This document shows, piece after piece, positions 10,664-20,421 of a stretch of DNA of 64,000 bases. Source of the stretch: Candidatus Hydrothermarchaeum profundi (GTDB taxonomy: Archaea > Hydrothermarchaeota > Hydrothermarchaeia > Hydrothermarchaeales > Hydrothermarchaeaceae); NCBI GenBank assembly GCA_002011125.2, contig MTMF02000009.1, forward strand, positions 1,734,788 to 1,798,787, in the 5' to 3' direction. The position numbers were made by a program, and so were the translations under genes. The number at the start of each line of letters is the position of its first letter. Position 1 is the stretch's first letter. Below the pieces are notes generated by a model. The model saw only the letters and a list, made by a program, of their open reading frames with translations, ran no database searches and was not told where the DNA came from.

Positions 10664-11692
10664 TTAGTGTGTGAAGAGATGAGCTTTAGGTATTAGTTGC
10701 GAGTACTCATAATAGCTTACTTCAGAATACCAATGTCCAGAGATTTTTGCGATAGCTAGAACTGAGAAGAACAGTACAGTAAGAAAGATACCAAACAAAA
10801 TAGGCGAAAGCTTTTCCTGAGAAGGCCATATATGGAGTGCATTGGAAGGGCAATTTTCTATACACTTAAAGCATTTAATACATTCTTGCGAGCTTACTTT
10901 ACTCTGTGACTCTACCTTGATGTAGCTTGGGCAGACCTTTGAGCACTTTGAACAGGAAGTACATTTCTCGCTCTCTCTCACTATCTTAAGAGGACTAAAT
11001 ATCCCTACTACCCCTAGAAGAGCTCCATAAGGGCAGAGATACCTGCACCAAAAATTATGGATGAAGAGAGATGCTATAACTAATAGGCATGTAACTAATA
11101 TTGTGAGAGTGCCAGGCTGAATCCAGAAATCCAGCATTTTAACATCTACCACCTTGTTATAAGGAGAGTTAATAAAGGCGTAGGCTGTGGTACCAGACAT
11201 ATCAATTAAGACAGCTTTTATAAAAAAAGCCAAAATTAAATATTTTATTGACCTTAAAGGATAGTCCAGAAGCTGGGGAACCAAGAGCTTCTTACCGCTT
11301 ATTTTTTTCCCTATGCCTCCTAAAAACTCTGAGAGGGCTCCTATAGGACATAGCCAAGAACAGAAGCCTCTTGCAAAGAATGATGCAGATAGAAGAGCGG
11401 CAAGGAAAATAGCGAGTCCAGCAGGATGCACTGTATCATATAGCCCTGTAGATATCCAGCTTTTAAGACCTACAAGAGCGCTGATAGGGAGAAACGCCTC
11501 TATAGCTGGGGGTCTTGATACATAGGCGGTTCCATCTCTGAAATGTGAAACGAAAAGATAGAATTGCCAGCCCTCGTAAACGAGGATCGTTACAATAGTC
11601 AGTTGTATCGTATTACGTAGCTTTTGAGAATTTTTTGAGCCATAAAGATATTTATTTATATGCTTATACACCAAATCATACACTATACCCAC
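10664..11692 (-). CDS. Membrane polyferredoxin, NapH/MauN-like 4Fe-4S protein
   Basis: FCSWLCP and WCRYLCP motifs, two CxxCxxCxxxCP motifs, several TM helices. Confidence 0.85.
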   Translation of the reverse strand: MGIVYDLVYKHINKYLYGSKNSQKLRNTIQLTIVTILVYEGWQFYLFVSHFRDGTAYVSRPPAIEAFLPISALVGLKSWISTGLYDTVHPAGLAIFLAALLSASFFARGFCSWLCPIGALSEFLGGIGKKISGKKLLVPQLLDYPLRSIKYLILAFFIKAVLIDMSGTTAYAFINSPYNKVVDVKMLDFWIQPGTLTILVTCLLVIASLFIHNFWCRYLCPYGALLGVVGIFSPLKIVRESEKCTSCSKCSKVCPSYIKVESQSKVSSQECIKCFKCIENCPSNALHIWPSQEKLSPILFGIFLTVLFFSVLAIAKISGHWYSEVSYYEYSQLIPKAHLFTH

Positions 11693-11912
11693 GTCCTATA
11701 TGACGCTTTAAATTATTTGAAAATTAATTATAAAAAATTTATTATTATAAAATATAACTTTTAATGGAATTTTACTTTAATTATAAAGGTATAATACCTA
11801 TATTAAATTGGACAATATAATCAAGAAAAAATGACAATTATTAAAAGCACTCTACCCAAAAAATAGCAAAACTGGAAAAATGTTTCAAACGCCAAATAAA
11901 ATTGCAGTATTG

Positions 11913-11950
11913 ATGCAGGGAAGGGATATCAGCATGAATTTACCAGTAAA
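11913..11950 (-). repeat. Degenerate copy of the tRNA-Leu 3' end plus TTTACCAGTAAA motif (att-like site A)
   Basis: atgca-gggaagggat versus atgcgggggaagggat at the tRNA end (14948); followed by a 12-bp near-palindrome. Confidence 0.6.
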
Positions 11951-11953
11951 GTC

Positions 11954-12343
11954 CTACCATGTCGTCTTAACGTATCCGCTCTTTATTATCTCCTCATCTT
12001 TGGTGATCAGAGATGCGTTGATCCTCTGGGCTGTGGCAACTATTATCTTATCATGAATTTCACTTAATTTGTCGAGTTTTAATGTCATTCTGACGGTTTC
12101 GATATCAAGGGGATAGGGCGGGAAGTTTATCGAGTTCTCTACCATATCCAGGAGTTCGTCAAACTTCAATTTGAAGTTCTTCTTCACAGATATGTAGCTT
12201 GACTCTGCCAGAACAATCGTCGGGACGACTATTACAGCATCTCCTTTCTCTGCCCTCTCATAAACCTTCTTCGCCTCTTCGCCAAGTTGCTTGTCGTCGG
12301 TTAAAAACCAGAGAAAAGGATGGGTATCTGTTACAAAGACCAT
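11954..12343 (-). CDS. vapC: PIN-domain toxin (VapC)
   Basis: VTDTHPFLW, PTIVLAE, HDKIIVATA, LITKD acidic PIN residues. Confidence 0.9.
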   Translation of the reverse strand: MVFVTDTHPFLWFLTDDKQLGEEAKKVYERAEKGDAVIVVPTIVLAESSYISVKKNFKLKFDELLDMVENSINFPPYPLDIETVRMTLKLDKLSEIHDKIIVATAQRINASLITKDEEIIKSGYVKTTW

Positions 12344-12535
12344 TTAAGCACCTGATTTAAAAAGGGATTTTTTGGCCTCTTCTACGTCCTCATCCCCGAT
12401 TTCAATTCCCTTCAAGGCACCCTTCAGAGAAACCACTTTTTTTGTTTGGAATCCCTTGCTTAAGCTGAGCTTCAGAAAGTCTAAATCCCTTTGAATCATG
12501 TCTACCTTCTTAGCCAGCTTTTTTATTTCATCCAT
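12344..12535 (-). CDS. Cognate antitoxin
   Basis: Small ORF abutting vapC; C-terminal 'SLKGALKG.....EDVEEAKKSLF'; start taken at MDEIKK. Confidence 0.75.
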   Translation of the reverse strand: MDEIKKLAKKVDMIQRDLDFLKLSLSKGFQTKKVVSLKGALKGIEIGDEDVEEAKKSLFKSGA

Positions 12536-12727
12536 AACAGACACCCTATACACAAATTCTTCCATATTTCACGATAAAAAAGTTTCCTCTTCTGGATTTA
12601 AGTAGATCACTATTCGTAGAGTTTAAATCACCACCTAAAATTCTTATTTATTTTTTACCAGCAAACATGGGCTTCGAATTTCAAAAATCTTGAAAAAGAT
12701 GAGAAAACCGTCTCTGTAAATTAGTAA

Positions 12728-12766
12728 ATGCGGGGGAAGGAATATCAATGCAGATCTACTGGTAAA
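12728..12766 (-). repeat. Exact 13-bp copy of the tRNA-Leu 3' end plus TCTACTGGTAAA motif (att-like site B)
   Basis: atgcgggggaagg is identical to 14948-14960; the downstream 26 nt align with site A. Confidence 0.75.
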
Positions 12767-12934
12767 TCCTCTAACCTTTATCTACCGTTTTAGTCCCTAT
12801 TTTTCCATTTCAACTTAAATAGTTTTCCAAAACATGGCCGTGGTTAACATGCAGTTGATCAAACTTAATGCCGGGTCCCAGAGAATCTGCTAACCAAAAG
12901 CATTTTCAGATGGAACCGCGCTTATAGGGAATCG

Positions 12935-13864
12935 CTATTTTGATCTAAATAATGCATGGTACAGCGAGGGATGTTTCTGGGCTTTTTTGTTGTATTTTAT
13001 ACCTCCGAACAGAACATCTAGGTCAATAACACCTCTACCTATCAATTCTAAAAATTTCTGATCACTATCATCAAGCTTAAAAACGTCTTCATAAAACTCT
13101 ACAACACCTCTCTTTATTAACGCAGCATCCAATACTTGACTCTGGGTTGTAAATTGACCTATCTTCCGGACAACCTCTCCATCGTCGTATCTCTTGATCT
13201 TAGATACTAAACCTTCAATCTCTGGCTTCTTCCCAGCTATCAGCATATACAGGATCATCAGCTTTCTAAGTATCTCCTTCTGTAGCTTCAATTTTGATAG
13301 GTTGTACATGTCGAAGAGGTCTCTGGCGTAAAGCCTTTCTGCCATTGCCTTGCTCTTCATTGCACATATCTCCTCGACGATATAGGTGTTCACTTCAAAT
13401 TCCGGGACATCCTCAAAGAAATGCCTAAAACCTCGTTTAGCCCTCCCCATAAAGGGCACCCTTTCAAGGTAGTTTATCTCCACCTTAATGCTGTCTTGAA
13501 CGCCTTTCAGGGTCTTATATCTTATCAAAAACCTTTCCATGATGTACGAAGGAGGTTTTTTAGTCACTCTGTATCCTAACCTATCAGCAACTCCTACAAT
13601 ACCTTCAGCAATTCGGGGTCTTGCTTTCAGCATTTTCTCCTTTTCCAAAGCGCCAATGAAATTGAGATCCAAGTCTATGGACAGCCTCGGTATATCTAGA
13701 TAGATAAAATTCAGCGCAGTTCCGCCCTTTAGGGCGAGGTTTCTACCAAGTTTCTCATCTTCATAGATCTCAAAAAGCATATTGGTGATGTGATAGGCCT
13801 TCTCTATAAAATCAACGTTAAAGCCAGTGCCCCTTTGTAACCTTTGAAGCGCCCTTAGATCCAT
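12935..13864 (-). CDS. AbiEii/AbiGii nucleotidyltransferase toxin (type IV TA)
   Basis: IEKAY, LKGGTALN, RLSIDLDL, IKVEIN, EICAMK, ARDLFD. Confidence 0.9.
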   Translation of the reverse strand: MDLRALQRLQRGTGFNVDFIEKAYHITNMLFEIYEDEKLGRNLALKGGTALNFIYLDIPRLSIDLDLNFIGALEKEKMLKARPRIAEGIVGVADRLGYRVTKKPPSYIMERFLIRYKTLKGVQDSIKVEINYLERVPFMGRAKRGFRHFFEDVPEFEVNTYIVEEICAMKSKAMAERLYARDLFDMYNLSKLKLQKEILRKLMILYMLIAGKKPEIEGLVSKIKRYDDGEVVRKIGQFTTQSQVLDAALIKRGVVEFYEDVFKLDDSDQKFLELIGRGVIDLDVLFGGIKYNKKAQKHPSLYHALFRSK

Positions 13865-14674
13865 TTAAACGCCTTCCACTACCTTTTCCAGCCCTGGATC
13901 TACGATGATCTTCCACCGCTTATTAAACTTCCCCTTCTTATTTACCTCAAAATAGTATACATTTCCAGAAAGCATGCCTTCGAGTTTTTCAAGAAACGAG
14001 CTGGGGGGATTTGCCTGTTCTTTTAACAGTTCAAAAATATAGCCAAGACGGTTTATGAGGATCTTCTCCCCCATCCTTTTTGCATACCCTATCAACTTAT
14101 TCCAATCCACATCTTCAACATCCATGAGGCATCGCAGCACCTCTTCGTAGCCTCCAGCGTACTCCGCCCTATCTATCACATCTACTATGGTCCGCTCTAG
14201 ATCGGAGACCACTACTTCTCCCTTTTCATACCCCTTCCTCTCAAATCCAAAAAAACGTTGTTGGGTTAAGATGATTGGCCGGATTACATTTCCATGATAC
14301 TCTATCTTAGATACGTGCTTTGTCGTAGATAAATAATAATTCCGAGTAACCTGCTGTGCAAGGCCGTGTAAAGCCAAAGCGGTGTAATAGGAAAAGAAAT
14401 AGGGCTTAACGATGTGCTCTGCCACCAGGATGGGATCTTCCACATATTCCCCTTTATCATGAACTATATGTGCCGGTATGCGGACATAGAGGTTGGACTT
14501 GACCTTGTCTAGTGCACCTTTCTTGTGCATGCTCTTTAGGAGGTTATATGCGTGCATCTTCGAGATATCAAGCAGGTCCATAGCGAGCTCCGCATTAACG
14601 ATGCGCTTATCCTCGGCCTCAAGCATGAAATACAATTTTTGCTCCAGTCCGGAGAGTTTTCTTAATTTGTACAT
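13865..14674 (-). CDS. AbiEi antitoxin / transcriptional regulator
   Basis: N-terminal wHTH, YFFSYYTALALHGL, VSDLERTIVD, RLGYIFE; abuts abiEii. Confidence 0.88.
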   Translation of the reverse strand: MYKLRKLSGLEQKLYFMLEAEDKRIVNAELAMDLLDISKMHAYNLLKSMHKKGALDKVKSNLYVRIPAHIVHDKGEYVEDPILVAEHIVKPYFFSYYTALALHGLAQQVTRNYYLSTTKHVSKIEYHGNVIRPIILTQQRFFGFERKGYEKGEVVVSDLERTIVDVIDRAEYAGGYEEVLRCLMDVEDVDWNKLIGYAKRMGEKILINRLGYIFELLKEQANPPSSFLEKLEGMLSGNVYYFEVNKKGKFNKRWKIIVDPGLEKVVEGV

Positions 14675-14948
14675 GCTATTTAATTTGTTTTCAAATATTT
14701 AAATATTTTGATTAAAAATATGAAAATAGATTAAATAACTTAATGGAAAACACGTCTATTTATTCTATCTTCTTACTGGTTTCAATCAATAAAATAGACC
14801 AAAAACTGATATAAAGTCATCCCAAAAAATGGGACAATCGTCCTTTAATATGAGATATGAAGATTCAATGCTAATTTTTACCAGTAAATTGGTGTTTCAA
14901 ATTATAGAAATGATAGAATTCTGGTATATTGGTCCCGGAATTTTAGTA

Positions 14949-15034
14949 TGCGGGGGAAGGGATTCGAACCCTTGAACCGACTAACGGACAGGACCCTGAA
15001 TCCTGCGCCTTTGACCAGACTTGGCTACCCCCGC
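14949..15034 (-). tRNA. tRNA-Leu(CAG)
   Basis: GCGGGGG acceptor stem, TAGCCAAG D-arm, anticodon arm CAGGA-TT-CAG-GG-TCCTG, long variable arm, GGTTCGAATCC. Confidence 0.95.
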
Positions 15035-15175
15035 ATAGAATCTATATTTTCAATTTCTTATGATAAAAAAGTACCTATTTATCTAAATTTATAGAGGAGA
15101 AAAGGGAGAGAATTGTTGCATACTGAATAAGGAGGCATAAAGTAGATTATTCCCTATACACCGATATTTCGTAGC

Positions 15176-16030
15176 TTAAAGTTCTTTCATAATCTTATAA
15201 ATAACAGAGAAATCGAGGTCCTCCAAATTCCTGGATAGTGTTATGCCATATAGCTCTTTAGCAGTACTCCCTGTGAATAGGGGTTTTTTAAGAAACCTCG
15301 CTAGGTCCTGCAGATAATGAAGATCCTTATAAATTAAGGCAACTTTAAAATGCGTAGAAAAGTCTTCTTTGAGCAGTTTTTCTTTTTTCACATTCAAAAC
15401 CAGAGAGTCACCAGCGCCTTTAGACAGTATATCTAACACTTTCTCCTTTGGCAAGCCTATCTCTTCCCCAAGCACTACTGCCTCGGCAATAGATGCCATA
15501 AAGGAGCCTAAAAGCATGTTATTAATTAGCTTCATTTTTGTCGCCATACCACGTTCTTCAAGATAGAAGATATTGCTCCCAATTTTTTCTAGCAGGGGAA
15601 GACATTTTTCGTATGCCTCTCTTCTACCACTAACCAGCACTGTAAGTAGGCCCTTTGAAGCAGGGATAACACTTCCCAATACTGGTGCCTCAATATACGC
15701 CGCATTCACTTTTTCAAAGGTCTCATGGAAATCCAATACATCCTGAAAATGGTTAGTCGTAGTGTCAATGATTATCTTACCATCACAGTCCCCCTGGAGA
15801 ATCCCTCTTTCTCCTCCTATCACGTCCCTTACTGCATTACTGTCAAAGAGGTTCATGAATAAAACATCCACCTTGGATATTAGAGCAGCAGGCGAATCCA
15901 TCATCTCTACCTTTAAGTCCGCCGCCTTTTCTTTAGTCCTATTCCACACAGATAGCTCTACTCCTTCGGAGATCAATCTCCTAGCCATCGCCTTTCCGAG
16001 ATAGCCTAACCCAATAAATCCTACCTTCAT
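15176..16030 (-). CDS. NAD(P)-dependent oxidoreductase, 3-hydroxyisobutyrate dehydrogenase family
   Basis: GFIGLGYLG, WNRT, EAPVLGS, KLINN, KDL. Confidence 0.9.
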   Translation of the reverse strand: MKVGFIGLGYLGKAMARRLISEGVELSVWNRTKEKAADLKVEMMDSPAALISKVDVLFMNLFDSNAVRDVIGGERGILQGDCDGKIIIDTTTNHFQDVLDFHETFEKVNAAYIEAPVLGSVIPASKGLLTVLVSGRREAYEKCLPLLEKIGSNIFYLEERGMATKMKLINNMLLGSFMASIAEAVVLGEEIGLPKEKVLDILSKGAGDSLVLNVKKEKLLKEDFSTHFKVALIYKDLHYLQDLARFLKKPLFTGSTAKELYGITLSRNLEDLDFSVIYKIMKEL

Positions 16031-16155
16031 ATGACTCCCCTAATCTTATTAGCCTCTAGTAAACTTAAAGCTTGATAACTCAGAGCCTACGATTATCACT
16101 ACTTCTTCCAAAAATTCACCACTATACATAAGATTTTATTTACTTTTAGGTGGAT

Positions 16156-16320
16156 TTATTCCATTCCAACTGGCCCGCCTTCCAAGTATTTCTCTGGGTC
16201 TTCTTCGAACTTCGCCTTACAACTTGGAGCACAGAAGTAGTACATCTTACCTTTATAATATTTGGATATTTTAGCGGTCTTTGGATCAACTTCCATACCG
16301 CATACAGGATCTATTGCCAA
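16156..16320 (-). CDS. YHS/TRASH-domain metal chaperone (54 aa)
   Basis: Hand translation MAIDPVCGMEVDPKTAKISKYYKGKMYYFCAPSCKAKFEEDPEKYLEGGPVGME; SD GGAGGTGA before the TTG; below the ORF-track cutoff. Confidence 0.9.
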   Translation of the reverse strand: MAIDPVCGMEVDPKTAKISKYYKGKMYYFCAPSCKAKFEEDPEKYLEGGPVGME

Positions 16321-16326
16321 AGCTTT

Positions 16327-16647
16327 TCACCTCCTTATTTCTTCAATTACTTTGATTATTTCTTCTTTGCTGGGAAACGCATCCTGCCTCTCTACTTCTT
16401 CTCCAGCTTTAAAATAAATAAGGGTAGGAGTGCTTGTAACTCTATATCTCTGGGCAACCTCTGCGTATTTCGAGATATCAAGCTTGTAGAACAACACATC
16501 CCCAGAATATTCTTCGTATACCTCCATAACTCTAGGAGTAATAGCCCTACATGGAGCACACCCGGGCACCGTGAACCAAACCACCACAGGCTTATCTGCC
16601 TTCAATACTTTCTCATCAAACTCTTGTCCTGTAATAAACTCCGTTAT
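16327..16647 (-). CDS. Thioredoxin (CAPC active site)
   Basis: KPVVVWFTVPGCAPCR, V.STPT. The frame is open upstream of the track start to an ATA at 16647 behind GGAGG, which gives a full-size 106-aa Trx. Confidence 0.85.
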   Translation of the reverse strand: MTEFITGQEFDEKVLKADKPVVVWFTVPGCAPCRAITPRVMEVYEEYSGDVLFYKLDISKYAEVAQRYRVTSTPTLIYFKAGEEVERQDAFPSKEEIIKVIEEIRR

Positions 16648-17267
16648 ATCATCCTCCCATGAAAAAGCTCTTTGGCTACAAAAAGGGCCTCATCTAATGT
16701 CAGGTAAAGTCCTTCGCTGAAATGCTGCTTATCAGAGAACACATTCTTAGAGCACCTTTCCCTCCCAATACAGTCATCATATATTATTTCAATTAGGACC
16801 CAGAGTTCTTCGGGGGAGGAGCTACCTATTTTCCCCTCCTTGACTTCTATTTCTACCTTCTCTTTGCAATAATCGCAACATGACTTAATACCCGCATCTC
16901 TCTCTACCAAAAGAGGCACAGTTAATGAATCCAAGGCAGAGGTGGCAAAAACTCCTCTACCATCATAAAATACCTCGTACTGCGTAGACATAGCTGAAAA
17001 GGGAGAAGCAGCAGTTATTTCCGCCCCCATAAGCGAGATGAACTCAAATTCATTCAACTTACTAAAGCTTTGTATAACATCGAAAAGTCCTATGCTTAAA
17101 GAATCCATTATTTCTTCTTTTTTGGGCGGTTTACCCTCATCTGAAAACTTTTTAAGTATAAAATTAAGTACCTCTAGGTCGACCTTGTTTAGCTCTCGCA
17201 TTTTTTTGTCTAATTCAGTTACTTCCCTGAGTTTTTTAAGAGCTAATTCAGCCTTCTCGGTAGTCAC
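16644..17267 (-). CDS. Organomercurial lyase (MerB)-like protein, atypical active site
   Basis: wHTH-like N-terminus, SPFSAMST..V...GR..FATSALDSL, IKSCCDYCKEKVEI; Ser where MerB has the CALD cysteine. Confidence 0.65.
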   Translation of the reverse strand: MTTEKAELALKKLREVTELDKKMRELNKVDLEVLNFILKKFSDEGKPPKKEEIMDSLSIGLFDVIQSFSKLNEFEFISLMGAEITAASPFSAMSTQYEVFYDGRGVFATSALDSLTVPLLVERDAGIKSCCDYCKEKVEIEVKEGKIGSSSPEELWVLIEIIYDDCIGRERCSKNVFSDKQHFSEGLYLTLDEALFVAKELFHGRMI

Positions 17268-17279
17268 CTTAGTCTGCCC

Positions 17280-19685
17280 CTATTTAAAAGTTGGTGTGTA
17301 CCTCTTAAGAAGAAGAGAATTAGTAACCACTGACACAGAACTCATAGCCATGGCCGCAGCAGCAATTGCAGGGTGTAATAAAATACCCCAGAACGGGTAA
17401 AGCGCTCCAGCCGCCACCGGGATCCCTAGAGTGTTATAGAAGAACGCCCAGAAGAGGTTCTGCTTTATTTTAGTTATCGTCTTCTTGCTAAGCTTAATAG
17501 CCTTAACCACATCTCTAAGATCATCTTTTATAAGCACAATACCCCCTGCCTCTATCGCGACATCAGTCCCCGATCCAATGGCGATGCCAATATCAGCCTG
17601 AGCTAAAGCTGGAGCATCATTTATGCCATCACCTACCATGCCGACGAACCTGCCTTCCTCCTGTAACTTTTTAATCTCTCTCGCCTTATCCTCCGGTAAT
17701 ACCTCTGCTAGAACCCTCTCTATTCCCAGTTGAGCGGCTATAGCTCTAGCAGTCCTCTCGTTATCCCCGGTAATCATTATAACCTCTATGCCCATTTTCT
17801 TCAACTCACTTACTGCCTCTTTAGAATACTCTTTCAGGGTATCTGCTACCGCTACAATACCTACAGCTTTATTATCAGTTGCAATTAGCATGGCTGTTTT
17901 ACCCTCGCTCTCCAGTCTACTCATCTTCTCCTCTAGATGCTCGAACTCAATGCCGTTGTCTTTAAATAGCTTCCTTGTCCCTAACAGTATACGTTTACCA
18001 TTGTAATTAGCCTCAACTCCATGTCCGGGTATAGCAAAGAATTCTTCAGGATCTTCAACCTCTAGCCCCTTATCTCTTGCTCCCCTAACTATAGCTTCGC
18101 CCAAGGGATGCTCTGAGCCTACCTCTGCGATAGCCGCTAACCTCAACACCTCGTTTTCATCAAACCCATCAATAGATATAACATCTGTAAGAGAGGGCTT
18201 TCCTTTAGTAAGTGTGCCAGTCTTATCAAGTACAATTGTATCCATCTTATATGCGTTCTCCAGCTGCTCGCCTCCTTTGATTAGAATCCCGCTCTCTGCT
18301 CCTTTGCCAGTGCCCACCATAATCGCCGTCGGAGTAGCGAGTCCCAATGCGCATGGACATGCGATAACTAAAACCGCAATCATTGTGGAGAAGGCGAATA
18401 TGAAGTACTTATCCCCAATAAAATACCATGCCAAAAATGTTAGAACCGCTATGCCTATCACCACCGGAACGAAAACCCCTGCGACTTTGTCAGCCAATCT
18501 TTGGATAGGAGCCTTAGTTCCCTGAGCCTCTTCGACCAACCTAATTATCTGCGCTAAGGCCGTATCTGATCCGACCTTTTCAGCCCTAAATTTGAAAGTA
18601 CCAAACTTATTTATCGTAGCTCCTATAACCTTATCTCCCACCTTCTTCTCTACAGGTATTGATTCACCGGTTAACATAGACTCATCAACAGTAGAATGGC
18701 CCTCCACTATGACTCCGTCTACGGGTATTTTCTCACCTGGTCTAACCACGATAATGTCCCCTACCTCCACCTCTTCAACCGGTATTTCCTTTTCAACTCC
18801 ATCTCTTATAACTCTCGCGGTCTTTGCTTGAAGTTCCATAAGCTTTTTTATAGCCTCGCTAGTACGCCCTTTCGCTATGGATTCCAGCATTCTACCCAAA
18901 AGTATGAATGCAATAATGAGGGAGGAGGTCTCATAATATACATGCCCTGGAAATATTCCCGGAAAGAAAGTTACACCAACGCTATAAAAATAAGCAGCCG
19001 AGGTACCCATAGCTATTAAAACATTCATGTCAGCGATCCTATTTCTAAGAGCGATGTAAGAACCCTTATAAAACTGATATCCGGCTATAAACTGAACTGG
19101 AGTAGCTAAAAGAAATTGTATAAAGGGATTTCGGAGTAAGGGGATACTTATTCCGATATAGCTTCCTACGCTCCCTATAAGTATAGGTATTGAGAGTGAT
19201 ATCGCTAGAGCAAAGCTTCGCTTTTGTCTACTTATCTCTTCTTCTCTAGCAATCTTCTCAACATCCTCCTCTAAAACCTTAAACCCTCTCTTCTCTAAAG
19301 CTCTTCTAACTATCGTAAAATCTAGGGTAGGTAAGAACTCGACCATGATACTTTGAGCACTTAGATTAGACACAGCCTTTACGACTCCCTCAACACCCAT
19401 TGCAGCTTCTTCTATTTTAGCTGCAGATGCTGAGTCTACCATTCCTTCAACCTTGAGCCGGGCTTTCCTAGTGGGTACACTATATCCCACCTCTCTGACC
19501 TTCTCTATTAGCTGTAGGAGATCTACCTTGCCTTCATCGTATTCAACAGTAGCATTTTCAGCACTAAGATTGACATTAGCCGAGCTAACCCCCTCCACCT
19601 TTGAGAGCGCTTTTTCTATAGTTTGAACGCATGTTGCACAATGCATCCCAATTATTGGCAAGATTACCTTTTTCATTTCCATCAC
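17280..19685 (-). CDS. copA: Cu(I)-translocating P1B-type ATPase
   Basis: GMHCATC metal-binding domain, second degenerate domain (GMVDSASA), TGES, CPC, DKTGT, SEHP, GDGIND, YN and MxxSS. Confidence 0.95.
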   Translation of the reverse strand: MMEMKKVILPIIGMHCATCVQTIEKALSKVEGVSSANVNLSAENATVEYDEGKVDLLQLIEKVREVGYSVPTRKARLKVEGMVDSASAAKIEEAAMGVEGVVKAVSNLSAQSIMVEFLPTLDFTIVRRALEKRGFKVLEEDVEKIAREEEISRQKRSFALAISLSIPILIGSVGSYIGISIPLLRNPFIQFLLATPVQFIAGYQFYKGSYIALRNRIADMNVLIAMGTSAAYFYSVGVTFFPGIFPGHVYYETSSLIIAFILLGRMLESIAKGRTSEAIKKLMELQAKTARVIRDGVEKEIPVEEVEVGDIIVVRPGEKIPVDGVIVEGHSTVDESMLTGESIPVEKKVGDKVIGATINKFGTFKFRAEKVGSDTALAQIIRLVEEAQGTKAPIQRLADKVAGVFVPVVIGIAVLTFLAWYFIGDKYFIFAFSTMIAVLVIACPCALGLATPTAIMVGTGKGAESGILIKGGEQLENAYKMDTIVLDKTGTLTKGKPSLTDVISIDGFDENEVLRLAAIAEVGSEHPLGEAIVRGARDKGLEVEDPEEFFAIPGHGVEANYNGKRILLGTRKLFKDNGIEFEHLEEKMSRLESEGKTAMLIATDNKAVGIVAVADTLKEYSKEAVSELKKMGIEVIMITGDNERTARAIAAQLGIERVLAEVLPEDKAREIKKLQEEGRFVGMVGDGINDAPALAQADIGIAIGSGTDVAIEAGGIVLIKDDLRDVVKAIKLSKKTITKIKQNLFWAFFYNTLGIPVAAGALYPFWGILLHPAIAAAAMAMSSVSVVTNSLLLKRYTPTFK

Positions 19686-19833
19686 TCAATAATGCAAATT
19701 CTTTCTAAATATGAATAATATAACTTATTATATTACTTAACATCGCTATTTTATATGTTTTATTTACTTTACTGCTCCAAAAGCGAAAGATATTTATTGA
19801 AAAAATAACCATTTTGGAAAAAGGTGATGAAGT

Positions 19834-20421
19834 ATGCATCTTGACATGATAGATCTAGAAATAATAAGAATCCTACAATCTAACGCCCGAACCCCTGTCC
19901 TCGAGATCTCTAAGAAGCTTGGACTAAGCAGACCTACTATTAAATCAAGAATCGATAAACTCAGAGAGGAGGGAGTAATTAAAAAATTTACAATTGTAAT
20001 AGACCGCGACGCTGTAGTTAAGAACATTCTCCTACTCCTTAGGATGAAGATAGATGACAATAGAATACTAGAATCACTTAAAGACGAGGAAGAGATAATA
20101 GAGATATACGAAACGATGAACGAGAAGAATATAGTATGCAAAGCTGTTGTCAGGGACATCGACGAGCTTAGAGAATTCATGGATAAACTTAACAAGATGG
20201 GGGTTAAAGAAGTGGAGTCTTCCATTGTTCTTAAAACCCTCAAGGAAGAACACGAGGCAGACATAGGGCCTGAGATAGGCATTACTGTTGAATGCGAATA
20301 CTGCGGCAAGGAGATAACAGGCACTCCATATAAGTTTAAAATATACAATAAAGAACATTATCTCTGTTGCCCAGTATGCTTGAAAAGTTATAAGAAAAAA
20401 ATGAGCTACGCAAAAAATTAA
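19834..20421 (+). CDS. Lrp/AsnC-type regulator with C-terminal TRASH domain (CopR/CopT-like)
   Basis: Lrp HTH; C-terminal CEYCGKEI...YLCCPVC; divergent from copA. Confidence 0.85.
   Translation: MHLDMIDLEIIRILQSNARTPVLEISKKLGLSRPTIKSRIDKLREEGVIKKFTIVIDRDAVVKNILLLLRMKIDDNRILESLKDEEEIIEIYETMNEKNIVCKAVVRDIDELREFMDKLNKMGVKEVESSIVLKTLKEEHEADIGPEIGITVECEYCGKEITGTPYKFKIYNKEHYLCCPVCLKSYKKKMSYAKN

Larger units (their letters stand above)
11913..14948. mobile_element. Two tandem integrase-less mini-islands at tRNA-Leu (VapBC ~0.8 kb; AbiEi/AbiEii ~2.2 kb)
   Basis: Each island is bounded by a tRNA-3'-end repeat and carries TTTAC-NN-GYAAA motifs near both ends; cargo is TA genes only. Confidence 0.6.

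Noticed and set aside
19716-19735. TAATATAA-CTTA-TTATATTA palindrome between copA and its regulator as an operator
   Set aside because: Almost entirely A/T in an AT-rich promoter region with no second copy; cannot be told from chance
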